A stretch of 61,832 nt of DNA, filler included, from Sphacelaria rigidula (taxonomy: Eukaryota), in assembly GCA_964200075.2 (NCBI GenBank). It is 7 parts of 7 records of this genome, joined end to end, with 100 filler letters (N's around TTAATTAATTAA, not from the genome) between each part and the next. Parts side by side here need not be neighbours in the genome. Positions count along the whole stretch, not along the records: positions 1 to 8,749 come from CAXNAA020010203.1; positions 8,850 to 17,597 come from CAXNAA020010204.1; 5 more parts are not named here. One strand, given 5' to 3'. The notes beneath the pieces are model-generated. The model was not told the origin of the DNA. It saw nothing but the letters and a program-made list of their open reading frames with translations, and made no database searches. Positions 1 to 12,615 of the stretch are shown piece by piece. The number at the start of each line of letters is the position of its first letter. Position 1 is the stretch's first letter. The translations under genes were made by a program, and so were the position numbers.

Positions 1-675
1 GTTGTATGTGTAAATCATGCTACGATAGGGGGGGGGGGGGGGGGGGGGGTAGTGGGCCATTTCTTCCACGAAATTCCCAGGGGTTGTGGGATCATTTTGA
101 AAACGAGATGCGGGCCATATTTTCGTGAACTACTGTGCTTCATCTCCGGGCCTGAAAATTGTCTTCCGTCTGGCCCAAGAGGTCAAAATATACCGTTCGT
201 GAAATTTCAGGACACGCAACAGCTCCTTCGCACAATATTAATATGTTCCATGTGACTTTTCCCGTTGTTACGTTGGAAAACTGTTGCGTGTGACGAAAGG
301 TTCAGAATGTTATCCGAACTCATTTGTCGGCAAGTTGCGAGAGTCACAATTAGTGTTGGATATCGAATCATTCACCACTTCGATGCGATTTCGACCTTTT
401 CAGCTTTCGATAACGATAATTTTCGATAAAATTTGGCGAAGCCGAACCGCGAGCGAGTTCGCTCGCTGTGCGAGCCCCAAGTGATCACCCCCACACACAC
501 TGGTGAGAGGGGCCCGCGGGAGGCGCGCCCGGGGGCAAGAAAATTGGGCTATTTGGCTTCATTTCCCACCAAAATTGCCTTACTTTATTTAAGGCCTCCC
601 AGCCCAGAAGAAATGAACGTGTCTGGGTTTGACAAAGCCCTGCAATCACCGGGACATTCCTTATCCATTCTGGCC

Positions 676-923
676 TGTGACAAAATTACGCCGTTACATT
701 GAGTTGGTAGTGATGGTCTGGATAATAATCGTTGGTAGTGATGATCTGGATAATGAGCGGGGACACTAGGTTGATACCCTGGCGTGTCGAGGAGGTTGTG
801 CCTGCGAGGGCACTCCATGATGATGATATGTTGTGAAGGCTGGCAACTGAAACTGAGGCCAGTGAGACTGGGGAGTCCCTCAACAGCAGTGATCCACCAG
901 TCCTTCTTCTGGCTGACGTCATA
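676..923 (+). repeat. 5' LTR (248 bp)
   Basis: Runs TGTGAC...GTCATA and is about 90% identical by eye to 4949-5195. Confidence 0.93.
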
Positions 924-2158
924 ATATCGATATTAGTGCTAGTGTTAGTGCTAGAAACCTGTTGGAAAGGATTTCGGCGGAGGAGTCTTGTGGCTGTGGA
1001 AACCTGATAAACCACGGGCGCGTGGAGAGGATTCCAGCTGAGGCAGTGGCAGAAAGGCGGCTGGCCTGTGATTGATCCAGACTGGAGACTTGCTGAAGCT
1101 GCGTGCAGCGGGAGTTGGGAGGCTCCTCCGACTGTGTGGTGCGGCGACGAAGCAAGGAAGAGTGCAATTCGCGAAGGTTCGTTGGTCTGTAAAAGTTCGC
1201 AGGTAGCCGGGTGCAGCTACGCGTATGGCGACCGGTTCGTGTACTACGACCAGCGTGACGCCCGTGGTTATGCGGGAAGAGTTGCGACCTCTCCGATACA
1301 GGGATAGGCACTCAGAGAGTGCATCTTGCACTTTTTTTCACGAAGTATCTCGAGTACATGGAGCGTGTGGAGCACGCTAACGCAGGGAGTCAAGTGCGTC
1401 AATAGCTCAACGAGTGCCGACTTATGTGCAGAGAGTGTTTACTCGTTTGGAGAACAAATAAATCACAACCACCCCACCGCAGTTGGTTGCGGCGATCAGA
1501 AAGCATGCTGGGCATGCGGCGGGCACTTGCCACTGTTGTGGCCAGGTCGATCATTACGCGCGCAATTTCCCGACGTCTTTCGGTGGAGAGTCTGGACAGT
1601 CTCATGCCGCGTGCCATCAGCATCATTATCACGAGCGGAAAGAAGGAGGTAACCGTGGTGGCGGCGGCGGACCCTCCGGCGGTGGAGGGTCGCAGTCGAG
1701 TCCTCAGCAGCAGCAGCCGCAGCAGCAGTCGCAGCAGCAGCAGCAGGGACAGCAGCATCAGCAGGGGTCTGGTTCTGGGTCCGGCGTCGCCGTAGGTGCT
1801 GCTGCTCCGCAATGAGCGGTGCATGTGGGACCGATTCCTACAGTGTCGAACACTGCGCCGGCGCCGATGGTGGCGCTGGCGGCGACACCGGTAGCAGCGC
1901 CAGGCGCAACGCTGACGCGCTGGTCTGAAGTTCGCCAAATTCTTGGTCTGCTGGCTGAGGGTCATACCCGCCGGCGGTGCCGTTTGAACCTGTCGGGGTG
2001 TCTTCGCCTGCGCAGCTTGAGCAGCCGTGGCGTCAAGTGGGATTGGCGGCGCTGACGTCGGCGAATAAATTCCCAGTGGAGTTTGCGGACAGATACGTTC
2101 TTGCGGAGCTGTGTCTCCCGATTCAACGGGGGCGTGGCGCCATTGCGGTTCGGGCTAA

Positions 2159-2602
2159 AACACAGGATCTTACAAATTTTGGATGGATATTTTATTGGGG
2201 ATGAGTAGCCCGGAGAATGAAAATCTTCGTATCCACACCAAATCTTCGAAATATTGTTCCATTTCTTCACCTACTGATAGCTATTGACAACTGCTACACG
2301 CCATAGAAATTACAATTTCGATCACCAGAATTTTGGGGTCCTACGTGAGAAACCAATTTCGGAACCATTTTGGCGTCCGTTTGGACACCCGGAATTCTCC
2401 AAGATTTGTTTTTTACCCAGGACCCCAACGTTTCGGTGATCGAAATCCAAATTTCTATGGCGTGTAGCAGTTGTCAATAGCTATCAGTAGGTGAAGAAAT
2501 GGAACCATACTTCGAAGATTTGGTGTGGATACGAAGATTTGAATTCTCCATGTTTCTCATCCCCAATAAAAGATTCATCCTTAATTTATAAGATCCCGTG
2601 TT
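2159..2602. mobile_element. Fold-back MITE (444 bp) inserted in the retrotransposon protease gene
   Basis: Long inverted arms of ~180 bp (AACACAGGATCTTACAAATT... / ...AATTTATAAGATCCCGTGTT). CTAA is duplicated at 2155-2158 and 2603-2606. Removing the insert restores IAVRAKPHSGA, a degenerate D[S/T]G protease motif. Confidence 0.85.
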
Positions 2603-4948
2603 CTAAGCCGCATTCTGGCGCCCACTGAACGGGTCATGTGAGTCTGTCGATACAGATTGTAGACATGTTGGAGCGTCCTCTCCCAGGTGTGCCGCTGCGC
2701 AAGCCCTTTTCGCTCGGGGCGCGGTAGGCCCTCACCGCGTCGGGTCAGCATGTTTCCGTCACAGAGCGTACTGTTCCGCTGCAGCTGACTTTCACGACTT
2801 CCTGGGGGCAGGCGCCGTTGCCTTCGATTTCGTTTGCGATCATGCCGGGGCCGGATGGCGTCATTCTTCTGGGGTTGCCAACGCTCCAGGATATTGGAGT
2901 CGACGCTCGGCGGATTTGGGACTCCATGAAGACGCGGATGTCTCCGCCTGGTCCGCGCTTGGAGACGCCCGCCTTTTTGGGCAGTCGTCGTGTGAGCTTG
3001 TCGGTGGATGCTTTTCAGGAGGCTGGAGGGCAGGGGACCGAAGAGCGGGATGCGGTAGTGGGACGCTCGGTAGAGCGCGGCCCGGAGATGTTAATGATTC
3101 CGGCAGAAGAGGAGTCTGCTCGGAAAGTCGCGCTGGAGGAGAGCGTGACGGATGCTGGGGCGACAGGCCTCAGCGTCTCAAAAGCGGAGGGCCTGCGTGG
3201 CATATTGCATTGCCGCATCAACGCGTTTTGCCGCGCGCTGCGGGGTGATCCCCCTGCGCGCGTGGAGTCCATGCGTGTTCAATTAAAACCTGGGGCATCC
3301 TGCCGCGGCGGTACGATCCAGTAAAGTCGAATTGGTTGGCGTTGTGCATGGCGGTTCTTTTGGCGCTCGGGTTGGTGTTACGGAATATGCAGGCGGGGTG
3401 GTCCAGTCCGGATATGGCGTTTCCGAAGAAGGCAGCACCGTGGACGGAGGGCAGGCTCAAGGCGTGGGCGGCAGCGAAGGTTCTGGTGGCTCATTACGCG
3501 ACGCTGTTCCATCCTCGTCCTGATTGTCAGGTGTTTATGTTCCCGGGTGCATTTGAGTGCCATTGGGGTAGTTTGGTCATGCAGGTGCCTACAGTTGAAT
3601 TGAAATGTCTGTGCGGACTGCGGCTGTGTATGGTCCGTGTGAACCGGATGACTCGATGCCGTCCAAATCTCTCGTCCGCCAAGCGCAGCGAAAAGACCTT
3701 GGGGCCGAAGATGCGGATGTGCAATCTTTCGAGTCGGACGTTGGCACTGCTATCTTGGACAATGAAGGTCCGCTTCGTGTGCATGTGCGTGGCCGAAACG
3801 TTCTGTGGATTCCGAGTTCTGACAAGTAGTTGCAGGTACTTCTAATCATTTGCGCGCACATGCGCAACGCCGGGTATCGTGGTGTGGCTGCGACGCTCGT
3901 GCGCTTGCAAGAGTTGTGTGTCTGGCAGGGTATAGAAACTCATGTGCGCGAATTTGTCCGCCAGTGCCTTCACTATGCTGACTCGAGGGCGGGTGATGTT
4001 GTTCCCCGCCCGCTCGGCGACACGGTCCATGGGACCACGCCAAATGAAGTCGTTCATTTTGTTCTTGTACGTGGGCGAGAGTGGCTCGCTAGCTTCCCAA
4101 GATTTTTCAGAGGATGCTGGGTTTCAATACACGTTGGTACTCATGGATGATTCGAGCAACTTCGTGTCTCTGGAACCAGAAGCAGTGTGTACTGCTGAAC
4201 CGACTGCTGCATCTTTGCTATGGGTGAGTGCGATCTTGGCCCGATTGCCAGAGGCTTTACACGTTGATCGCCAGTTTGCGGTGGCGTATTCTCCGTGGTC
4301 TAACGGCACGTGCGAACGCATGATCAAGGAAGTCGTTCGTGCTCTTCGCTCTATTTTTCTCGAGGAGCGTAGATCGGTTTCCGAGTGGATGGGTGTGTTG
4401 CCTGCGGTTCAATGGGCGCTGGATACAGCGTATCGTCGGTACGGTAGTACACTGTACCTCGTGATGTTTGGTCGTGCACGTGGACTGGTCCTTGGAGAGT
4501 GGTTGGTGCTCACCACCCGCACGTGTTTGAGATTCAGAACATTGTTTTGGGTCGTGTTTAGACCGCCCATGTGGCTCGTTTGCGTTTTTATGCAGACCCG
4601 CAGCTTGATGTTACGGCTGACGTCAAGGGTGTGTTCCAGTATGCTTTCAGGGGCAATTTTAGATGGCTGGTATTGTCCGAGTGGCAGAAGTAGACGATCG
4701 TTAGTTGATCGTGTTGGTCGACTGGGTTGGTTTTGAAGTAGAGGGCGTACGTGGGAGCCTTTCAAGGATATTGTTGAGGTCGCTACGGAATTTCTTACGA
4801 AGGGGTTGCGTAAATTGCGCGTGACTCGGGTCGTTACTGCTCGCATTTCGAGTGAGTTTGGTGTTCAGTTGTGACTCACTCATCGTTTTGTCGTTTTCTA
4901 TTCGTCAAGCTTGTTGATCGATTTTCGTCCAACGCGCTTTGAGGGTGC

Positions 4949-5195
4949 TGTGACGAAATTACGCCATTACGTTGAGTTGGTAGTCATGGTCTGAATAATG
5001 GCCGTTGGTAGTGATGATCTAGTAATGACCGGAGACACGAGGTTGATACCCTGGCGTGTCTAGGAGGTTGTGCCTACGAGGACACTCCATGATAATGATT
5101 TGTTGTGAAGGCTAACAAGTGAAGCTGAGGCCAGTGAGACTGGGGAGTCCCGCAACAGCAGTGATCCACCAGTCCTTCTTCTGGCTGGCGTCATA
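4949..5195 (+). repeat. 3' LTR (247 bp)
   Basis: Runs TGTGAC...GTCATA and is followed by the GGCC TSD. Confidence 0.93.
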
Positions 5196-5313
5196 GGCCG
5201 CAGAAATATGAGTAAGTTTGCACCAAATGAAAACGAGCGCAACCAAAGCAGGTTTGACAAAAGAAGCATCGTCAGAACTACTCGGCCCATTTTCAGCAAG
5301 GTCAGGAGCATTA

Positions 5314-5483
5314 AACATGGGATTTCACAAATTGCGGATGGATATTGCTGTCGAGGATAAGCCTTGAAAGCCTTCTTAAGAATCAAAACATTTTGAAAAA
5401 AATGCGAATGTCCTCTCCGGCCGTGATGTGCGGCCTCGCTCATCTAAAAATAACTCCATCCGCAACTTGTAAGATCCCGTGCT
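5314..5483. mobile_element. Short MITE related to the 2159-2602 family
   Basis: Inverted termini CATGGGATTTCACAAATTGCGGATGGA / TCCATCCGCAACTTGTAAGATCCCGTG share the CACGGGATCTTACAA TIR motif. Confidence 0.65.
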
Positions 5484-6725
5484 AACAGGAAATTCGTAAA
5501 GTGGTGAGACGCGGAGGTCGAAACTGTTAAAAAAATACACGAGATTTTACAACTTGCCGTTTTTTCAAGTGGGCGAGGTCACACATCACGACCGGAGAAT
5601 GCACTCGTAGGTTCCCTCGTGAGTGTTTCGATGCTCGGTTGTGAACGTTCCCAAGGCTGATCCTTGAAAAAATCCATCCGTACTTTGTAAAAATGAGCAC
5701 ATCTTACCACGTCTACTTCCATTTTGAGCAGAAAGTTCCGACAAGAGGTCAATAGAGGGCATGAATGCACCCCGGGCACCTCTGTATTGGATCAAATACG
5801 AGTATGCGATTATCGTGCCCATCATCCTGCCGTTGAACTTAAAGTAGACGATTAAAACATACACTACTCGAACCTGGATTCATCAGGAAGAAGAATGAAC
5901 GCGCGATGAAATGCATGAAACGAAATGCCGAAGGAAAAAAGAACGGAGGCATAATTGGCACATATTAACGAGCAGAGGTGTGAGAAAGTTTATCGTACCC
6001 CAAAGTAGCATGACCAAGGAGCCGGAATGCCTCGTTGGGGCATATGCTTGCCCGAATTTAGAAGCAGAAAACGCCAACACCAGAAGCAGAATGGGTAAGA
6101 GCCTAACAAGCACGCTTCACCAGCTATTATACGATGAATAACCACTCATTAATCGGTTAAAAGGACATCAGTTCTCGTATTGTATCGTACCGTATCGAAA
6201 TATCGTTATCATTAGCGCTTTATCGAACAGCTTTCGATACGAAAACGATAACGATATTTCGATACGATACGATACGATATCCATCACTAGCCACGACACA
6301 GTTGTTTCAAACCTTTCGGACTGTCGAATGTTGATGTTTGCCCATTTCACATACGCGTATTCACATACACCCATCTCGTATAACTTTGAGCACCATGTCA
6401 TGTTTTCGTTCCCATGAAAATATTTCGTGATCATTTTTCAGGATCCTCTTCTACGCCTGAAAGAACAACTGAGAAAATCTTTATCTTGCCGGAAAAGAAT
6501 ATACATGGTACCCGGACGCTGCCTGGGCGATGATCAATCTGCATTTAGCTGGGAAATAACTATGAGGAGTTCGTATTTTTCCCCAAACGATCGAGGGCGG
6601 AGTGATTGTGTGTTCAGGAAGGGAACATCTGACGATTGAACGAGTGGGGGCTCACTGGTTTAGTGGTCAAATATTTTCTTCCTCGACTCCTGAGAGAACA
6701 GTTACAACTCCGATTGCCCAAAGTC

Positions 6726-6850
6726 AAGCCGTGCGCACCGAAAATGATTCAAGTGTGCCAGAATCCTCTCAGGCAATGGAATACCGAATCAAGCCGTGCG
6801 CATCGAAAACAACTGAAGTGTGCCAGAATCCTCTCAGGCAATAGAATACG
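6726..6850. repeat. Tandem duplication, ~65-bp unit x2
   Basis: AAGCCGTGCGCA..GTGTGCCAGAATCCTCTCAGGCAAT occurs at 6726 and again at 6791. Confidence 0.8.
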
Positions 6851-7862
6851 CCATTTTGAGGTGGAATTATCCACCTGGTTGTTTTTCAACGCGAAAGGTG
6901 CTTGAAAGGATCAAACATACCTCGCATTTGGTCGGTTCTATAAGACGTGCTCTCACCCTTTTAAAAGTCAGATTTACCAAGCTCACCACAATCACAACAT
7001 CTCATGAGTAAGCACCGTATGACTTCCTTTGGAATATAAAACAACAGTTGTCAACGTCAAAATTATGGGTAGGATATTTCCAAAGCCGTGTGGCCGCACT
7101 TGAATTGAGCCCTGTCTCAAGAATAACATGACTGTACTCCGTCGTCGCTATACCGGTAAAATAGTGGTCATCAATCGAACGACTGGGTTTCTTTTAGGGG
7201 GCGCAGATGTTGATTAGCCTCACGCCTTGAATGCAACCGACACATGAATGCTGCTGTCCACAGTAATCCGCGGGTGACAGAGAAGTGCTCAGTCTTGACT
7301 TTTTCCACACGCCAAAAGACAATGAGTGATCCTACAACGAGGGGGGGGGCGCGCTCTTCTTTTATGGAGCAGCAACAGCAAATGTGATGTTAAATGTCAA
7401 TGAATGCAACAAACATAAAAGCTCTTACAATGTTGGTGTCTGTACAGACTTGAATGGTGCGGACTATGCATTGGACTCATGTATTGTCTTGGAATACTGA
7501 CACAACATCACCGTGATGAGTACGGAAGGTCCCAGAGGAAGGTTTCAGAGGTGTAGCTGCGGGATATTCTACAGGTACTCCCCGAGTATTCTCTAAACGT
7601 TTTTCAGAAGGAGGTTCCAGAAGAGAAGCTGCGGGGTACTCTGCCGGCTCCGAATGTTCTCTGAAAGGATGGGCCTCTCGAAATAAAGCTAATGACAAGA
7701 ACAACGAGCGACGTCCCGAGCGGGTCAGTCGCCTGCTTCATCCCATCAAAGTCTCTCGTGGCAAACGGTGCACCGCGAGGAAGCGCGTCCCAGATATGTT
7801 TCTGTAACAGGCAAATCACTAGGCCCCACGATGCTGGATCTACGATACAGTAGGGGCACATT

Positions 7863-8090
7863 TGTGATGTGTTTTGACCGTTACGCGCGGCGGGATATAC
7901 TACCGCAATTGGCTTGTTGGGGACATACGTGAGTATGTGGGTTGATGTCGGACGTGCGGTCGTGCCTTCGCTTCCATCTTCTTCTTTGGCTACGTGACAA
8001 CAATACTAACTTGTACCCTGGTCGGCTGTCAGCCGTGTCTTCTGATCGACTACCACAGGTGTGTTTATCGATTTCACCCACCACATCACA
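7863..8090. mobile_element. Possible solo LTR (228 bp)
   Basis: Termini TGTGATGTG ... CACATCACA form a 9-bp inverted repeat with TG..CA ends. The TSD is not convincing. Confidence 0.4.
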
Positions 8091-8749
8091 AAATAATGAA
8101 CAGGCCATTGATCCTCTCACAAGTGCACACTGTCAACAAAACACACCTACTATTCACATCCCTTGACGAACGGGTCCACCCCCACGTCCAAGCCCAAATA
8201 ATGAGTGCCCGGGGTTGTGTGACATACCCCGTGGACTCCTGTCTTTTCGTGAAACACCCTCCCCCCTCCTTCTCTATCGTAGAACCATTTCCTCCATAGA
8301 CCCCCGAGAGCCTTCGCTTACACATGACATAACCTTCAAAAACGTATAGCGAGCCACAAGTGGCGTGACCACTTCAATTTGCGATGAAGACATGCTTGAG
8401 ACGGTTGGAAGCTTCCTAACCGGGGACAGATGCGATTCGCCCCCATCTCCGGGGATCCGTGGGGTGGAGAACAGAATCCCTCACACCTGTAGTGTGGTGC
8501 TTTTTGCGTATTCTTCCGGCGGTGCTTGTCTTCGCCCATTAGCGCCACGCCTTGAATCGAAGCCTAAATCTCACACACTGCATGTCCCGGGGCATTTGCC
8601 CCAAAAATCGAACAGCGCGCGTAGGCAAAGGACGTCGCGAGAGCTTATTGCGACCGGGGGGGGGGGGGGGGGGAGGCCGGGACAAAATGTTTACCAGCCC
8701 CAAAAGGGGGATTCTTTTAGCCAGCGATTTCCACTAAACATCCAAACAA

Positions 8750-8849
8750 NNNNNNNNNNNNNNNNNNNNNNNNNNNNNNNNNNNNNNNNNNNNTTAATTA
8801 ATTAANNNNNNNNNNNNNNNNNNNNNNNNNNNNNNNNNNNNNNNNNNNN
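8750..8849. other. Artificial 100-nt spacer
   Basis: N44-TTAATTAATTAA-N44 six-frame stop linker. Confidence 0.98.
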
Positions 8850-8987
8850 CTCCCCCCCCCCCTACCGTAGGATAACTCATCATGAGTACTCCCCCCTCCC
8901 CTCCGTCTCTCTCACACACGCGCGCGTGCGCACAAATTTCGCTAGGGTGTTGGCTAAACATCCCGCCCGATTTTGTTTCGTCGGCAG

Positions 8988-9155
8988 ATGCGAAGAGTGA
9001 ACGAGGCTATCGTTTACTTCAAGAAATGGCCTACCCTCAAGTCCCAGCGGGACGCCATCAGAGGTCTGGAAGAGCTATCCAATATCGCTGCCAAGGAATG
9101 CGTCGACGAATTCAACCGGCTTATGCGGACTGTGGGTCCGGCGGTACAGTTTCAG
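8988..9155 (+). CDS. EXO70: Exocyst subunit Exo70, internal exon A (partial gene)
   Basis: cag|ATG...CAG|gtcagc, 168 nt, phase 0/0. MRRVNEAIVYFKKWPTLKSQRDAIRGLEELSNIAAKECVDEFNRLMRTVG resembles the Exo70 N-terminal helices (AIxFF...KS...L.....a...l.dEF..ll). Confidence 0.72.
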
Positions 9156-11259
9156 GTCAGCTCATGGCATGTACCTCCTCGGAAAAGAATGCTGTACTGT
9201 GCTTGTTGGTGATACACCCTTTTGGAACTCACAATGGAAAATTGATCATTTGCAATTGACGATTTTTGAGCAAGATATGGCTGATGGTTCACAGCTTAGA
9301 CGCAACAATTTTGGCCCAAGGCGTATTTTTCAGGCCCGTACGAGTGACAAATGGAAAAAAGATATTGTGTTTCCCATTTCCTTGCTGCGGCGAGGTCCAG
9401 GACCCGTTGGCGTTTTTTTTCTACACTCATGAGCTTCCCGGCCACAGTGCGCGACAAGCCTCTGTGAAGCATGCTTTCCGCCTGACCTGCACGCCCTGCC
9501 CGCTGCAGTTTATACTCTTTGCAGTGTCATAGCAACAAGGGCAACGCCGATGGCACATTCGCTATATTTATGAACTGGCGGTGTAATACAATCCCAGGCA
9601 GTTACCTTTCCGTGCCGCCGGGGGTGCTGCGACACTGCCCTGTCCAGTACTGGGTGTGTTTAGAGCAGTCTGGGGTAATCTCGACTGCAGATTCACGTCA
9701 TGCACAACATCGCGCTCGTGCACGTTCCGACAGCACCATTCCGCCGTTTGAAAAAATGCGTAAAGGCGACGCAGACGCCATGTGCCCTGCAAATAATGCA
9801 CCGTCACTGTGGTGTAGAGTCTGCCATGTGCCGTCGCCCTAGGGGTGATGCCTCACTGCTTCGTGTCATGTCTGTATTATATTTTGAAAATACCTCTGTA
9901 AAACGCGAGGCATGCACAGAACTGCGCTCTGCCAAGTACGTGCCGACAACATCATACTACGGGTTGACTATTACACAACGGCGTTACGAAAGGCACAGTT
10001 GCCCCACCACATCTATACCGCGGGTTGATCGTTCCCGACCGTTGCAGAGACATACTTCATGCCGCATGAGATTCATGACGCCGGCTACCGCTATCGTCTC
10101 GTGCCGTCTACTCTCGTGGCAGACTTTTCACGACATGCTTATGTTTATCTTGCACGGGGTGTAGCCGCAAGTCAATACTGTAACCTACTGTATTTACTGC
10201 CTGTAGTGTTTTTCATCTGGCCTGGTTACGGTAGGCGGTGCCCGTTGGCTCCCTCCCGTGTACATGTATATCGCCTGTTCGGACGCCTGCGATTACGCCG
10301 GCCATGTACCGCCCGCACAACCCACTGTGCCTTCCACATGTCGTGACGGGATTCGCTGGATTCAGCCATACTATGTTGTATGTACGGTGTGGCTTGGCAA
10401 ACTCGCCACCCGATGCTGCAGCCCGTCAAAACGGTGCTTCCCTTATCTACAAATGCTAATATACATACGTGCCAGGTTGGACCCTGGAGCCCATTGCTGT
10501 TTTTTGAATGAAATGTTTCATAGTGGTTTTGCTGATTATTGTCGACGGATATATAATTGGACACACTTCATCCGTTGCGTGGTATGATTGGACAAACCCT
10601 ACCCAAATTCTCCAGGGAGGACATTCTTCTTCGGTCTTCCATAAAAAAAATGGTTGCCGTCGGCCTATTCTGCTTCCATGTTGTCCTCTTCGTCAGGGCT
10701 TCTCATAATAAGGCGTTTGGCCAGGGGACAGGAGGGGAGAGTTCCAAAAGGGTTAAATGAAACCCTTTTGGTACTGGCAGTGCAAACGTGTAGATCTCGA
10801 GGTGCTGTTTTTCTAACGACACACGGTTGAGGTTTTGCAGCTTTCACGCACAACTATCAGTCCGATTCATGCTTCGCAGACCCGTAGAAAAATGTGCCCG
10901 GGTGGAGCACGGGACTTGGTACATGGAAAATAGACAGGTGATGCCGATTTTTGTTTGTCAAGATTTCAGGCACGCAGCTGCTGATTTTTGCTGCGTGCAC
11001 AAACTTGAACAAACTTGACCCGTTGCCTCCCCCCTCACTGGACAAAACTAATCTGTCCGCACCGAGGTGACATTTTTGGTGCGTGCATGGCGTATGCTGG
11101 TGGATTCTTCTTCTGCGCCCTTCCGCCGTAAAGATAGTTGCCGTCGGTTCTTCTCTTCCCACCTTTTCTTCTCTATCAGGGCTTGAAATAACGAGGCGTC
11201 TGACCCGGGGACGGAAGGGGAAGGTTTCCAAAGGGTTGATGGGGAGGGGGCGGAGAGCG

Positions 11260-11322
11260 TACTCATTTGTTGCTTGCCTTAGTCGTTTGATCATTGACCA
11301 CGCATCCCTTTGGAAACGGAGT
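11260..11322 (-). mobile_element. ~60-bp 3' stub of the poly(C)-associated LINE family
   Basis: TACTCATTTGTTGCTTGCCTTAGTCGTTTGATCATTGACCACGCATCCCTTT matches the 3' ends of the LINE fragments at 26626 and 28941, with G-runs on both sides. Similar stubs lie at ~12710-12815(+), 17698-17755, 20640-20703(+), 27757-27817, 27904-27966 and ~61795. Confidence 0.8.
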
Positions 11323-12178
11323 ATGGTGCGGGGGGGCGGGGGGCTTTCGGATTTTTCTCAACACACCAACACGAAACGCCGAACGGCGAACGGGAACGAA
11401 GAGATGGTATGTGCATGCAGGGCTAGGCGAGTGGCGTGAGCCTGGCCTGAGCTTGGCTTGACACGTCATATCGTTACAATGGTCGCTTCTTGATTACTTT
11501 TGGGACTAAAGTAGCAAAAGGAGTTGAAAGAAGCAAAATATACAAGTATTTTTCATTTGTTCCAAGTTTTTTTTCTGTTACGTTGTGAAATAGTTCCAAG
11601 TCGTGAGAGTCTTGCCGCCGTGTGGAGCTCTTATTACAGTGTATTGTATCGTGTTTGAAGGAACTGAACAAGAGAGAACGACAAAAAAATCGGGGAACAG
11701 AAGAGCAAAAGAGACAAGAGGGATAAGAATGGCTGACCAATGAAGGGCTAATCAAGCGAGGGTCCAACTGTAGTTGGTCAACGTCGACGGGCTGCAGGAA
11801 TGCTGGCCATACACTTTTCGGTTGATTGGCAAGCAGGTAGAGAGGATACCGCCTCAATACTGCGGAGCCGTCCAGGGGAAGGGGAGAGGTGAAGAGCAGG
11901 ACAGCTCTAGTCCGTGTCTGATGGGTTCCGGCGGTCCATTTTCAAGGATTTGTGATGCCGTCGCGCGAATATTGTAGTGTGTGAGTAAAACTAGTATGAC
12001 GATACTCGAGCTCGTTGTGTTTCATGTACGTAGCTCCACCCAGCACAGGCTAAAGGTCATTCAGTGGGAGCTGGGGGGGGGGGGGGGGGGGGGGGGCCAC
12101 CCCCAAACCCCCCCCTTTTTTTTTTTTTTTGGCCNNNNNNNNNNGGAAGCCTCCCCCCACCGCGCAGTGCCCCGGTCC

Positions 12179-12210
<32 letters not shown>

Positions 12211-12251
12211 GGTTCAACACACGAACTACGACCCTTTTTTTTCTTTGTCGA

Positions 12252-12615
12252 CCGGTCGCCCCGGTAGCTCAGTTGGTAACCTCGAAACCTTTTGGCGGTT
12301 GGATCGTGGGTTCAATTCTCGGGGCGATCTGGGATTTTTTCTCACACTATGCCCAACAGTGGAGAGCGACTGTGTCGTGGGTGAACCAAAGTCGACCTAA
12401 CGGTCGACGAGGGAGAGGGGCTGCTGAACCCCTCTCGCGATGAAACAATGAAGGCAAGCACCGCAGAAGGAAGGTGGGGTACTAAAAGCAAATATAAACT
12501 AAAAAAGCTCTGTGGTGATCTTCCTCCTGTGTGACCCCGGCTGATGCGCCCACATGTACCGAAAGGTGTAGACCGGCGTCCAGAATAGATGGGACTACAA
12601 CACAACACATACACA
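12252..12615 (+). mobile_element. tRNA-derived SINE with (CA)n-like tail
   Basis: Head with A box TAGCTCAGTTGG and B box GGTTCAATTC. Body and 3' core (CTCCTGTGTGACCCCGGCTGATGCGCCCACAT.TACCGAAAGG) are shared with 42535-42752 and 54249-54700. Ends in CAACACAACACATACACA. Confidence 0.85.

Larger units (their letters stand above)
676..5195 (+). mobile_element. Decayed Ty3/gypsy (chromovirus-type) LTR retrotransposon, RT core deleted
   Basis: Direct LTRs at 676-923 and 4949-5195 with a GGCC TSD (672-675 / 5196-5199). Internal remnants follow gypsy order: gag zinc knuckle (CHCCGQVDHYARNF, ~1530), protease, RT N-terminus (WSSPDMAFPKK) joined directly to RNase H (FMFPGAFECHWGSLVMQ), integrase zinc finger (CAHMRNAGYRG..VRQCLH), integrase core (AYSPWSNGTCERM), and a chromodomain remnant (VDWVGFE..TWEP, ~4717-4760). 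Many stops and frameshifts. Confidence 0.93.
351..6289. mobile_element. Putative non-autonomous hAT-like DNA element hosting the LTR retrotransposon
   Basis: TAGTGTTGGATATCG at 351 matches the reverse complement of CGATATCCATCACTA ending at 6289 (14/15). Both ends have CGATA/TATCG-rich subterminal repeats. The flanking 8-mers GTCACAAT (343-350) and GCCACGAC (6290-6297) differ only by 3 transitions, consistent with an old 8-bp TSD. Confidence 0.45.

Noticed and set aside
1399..1965. Overlapping poly-L, poly-S and poly-Q ORFs
   Set aside because: They are by-products of a (CAG)n tract in the decayed gag region.
7477..7861. Gene with EYPAA repeats on the minus strand
   Set aside because: Only two imperfect ~69-bp repeats, with no confident splice structure or recognisable family.
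8794..8805. TTAATTAATTAA as a biological motif or piggyBac site
   Set aside because: It is embedded in Ns and identical at six evenly spaced positions, so it is an artificial linker.
12135..12144. 10-N gaps with long G/C/T homopolymers (also 27818-27827)
   Set aside because: These are assembly gaps with low-quality flanks, so homopolymer lengths there are unreliable.
12258..12328. Functional tRNA gene
   Set aside because: It has A/B boxes but no proper anticodon arm, and it continues into a SINE body repeated at 54249-54700.
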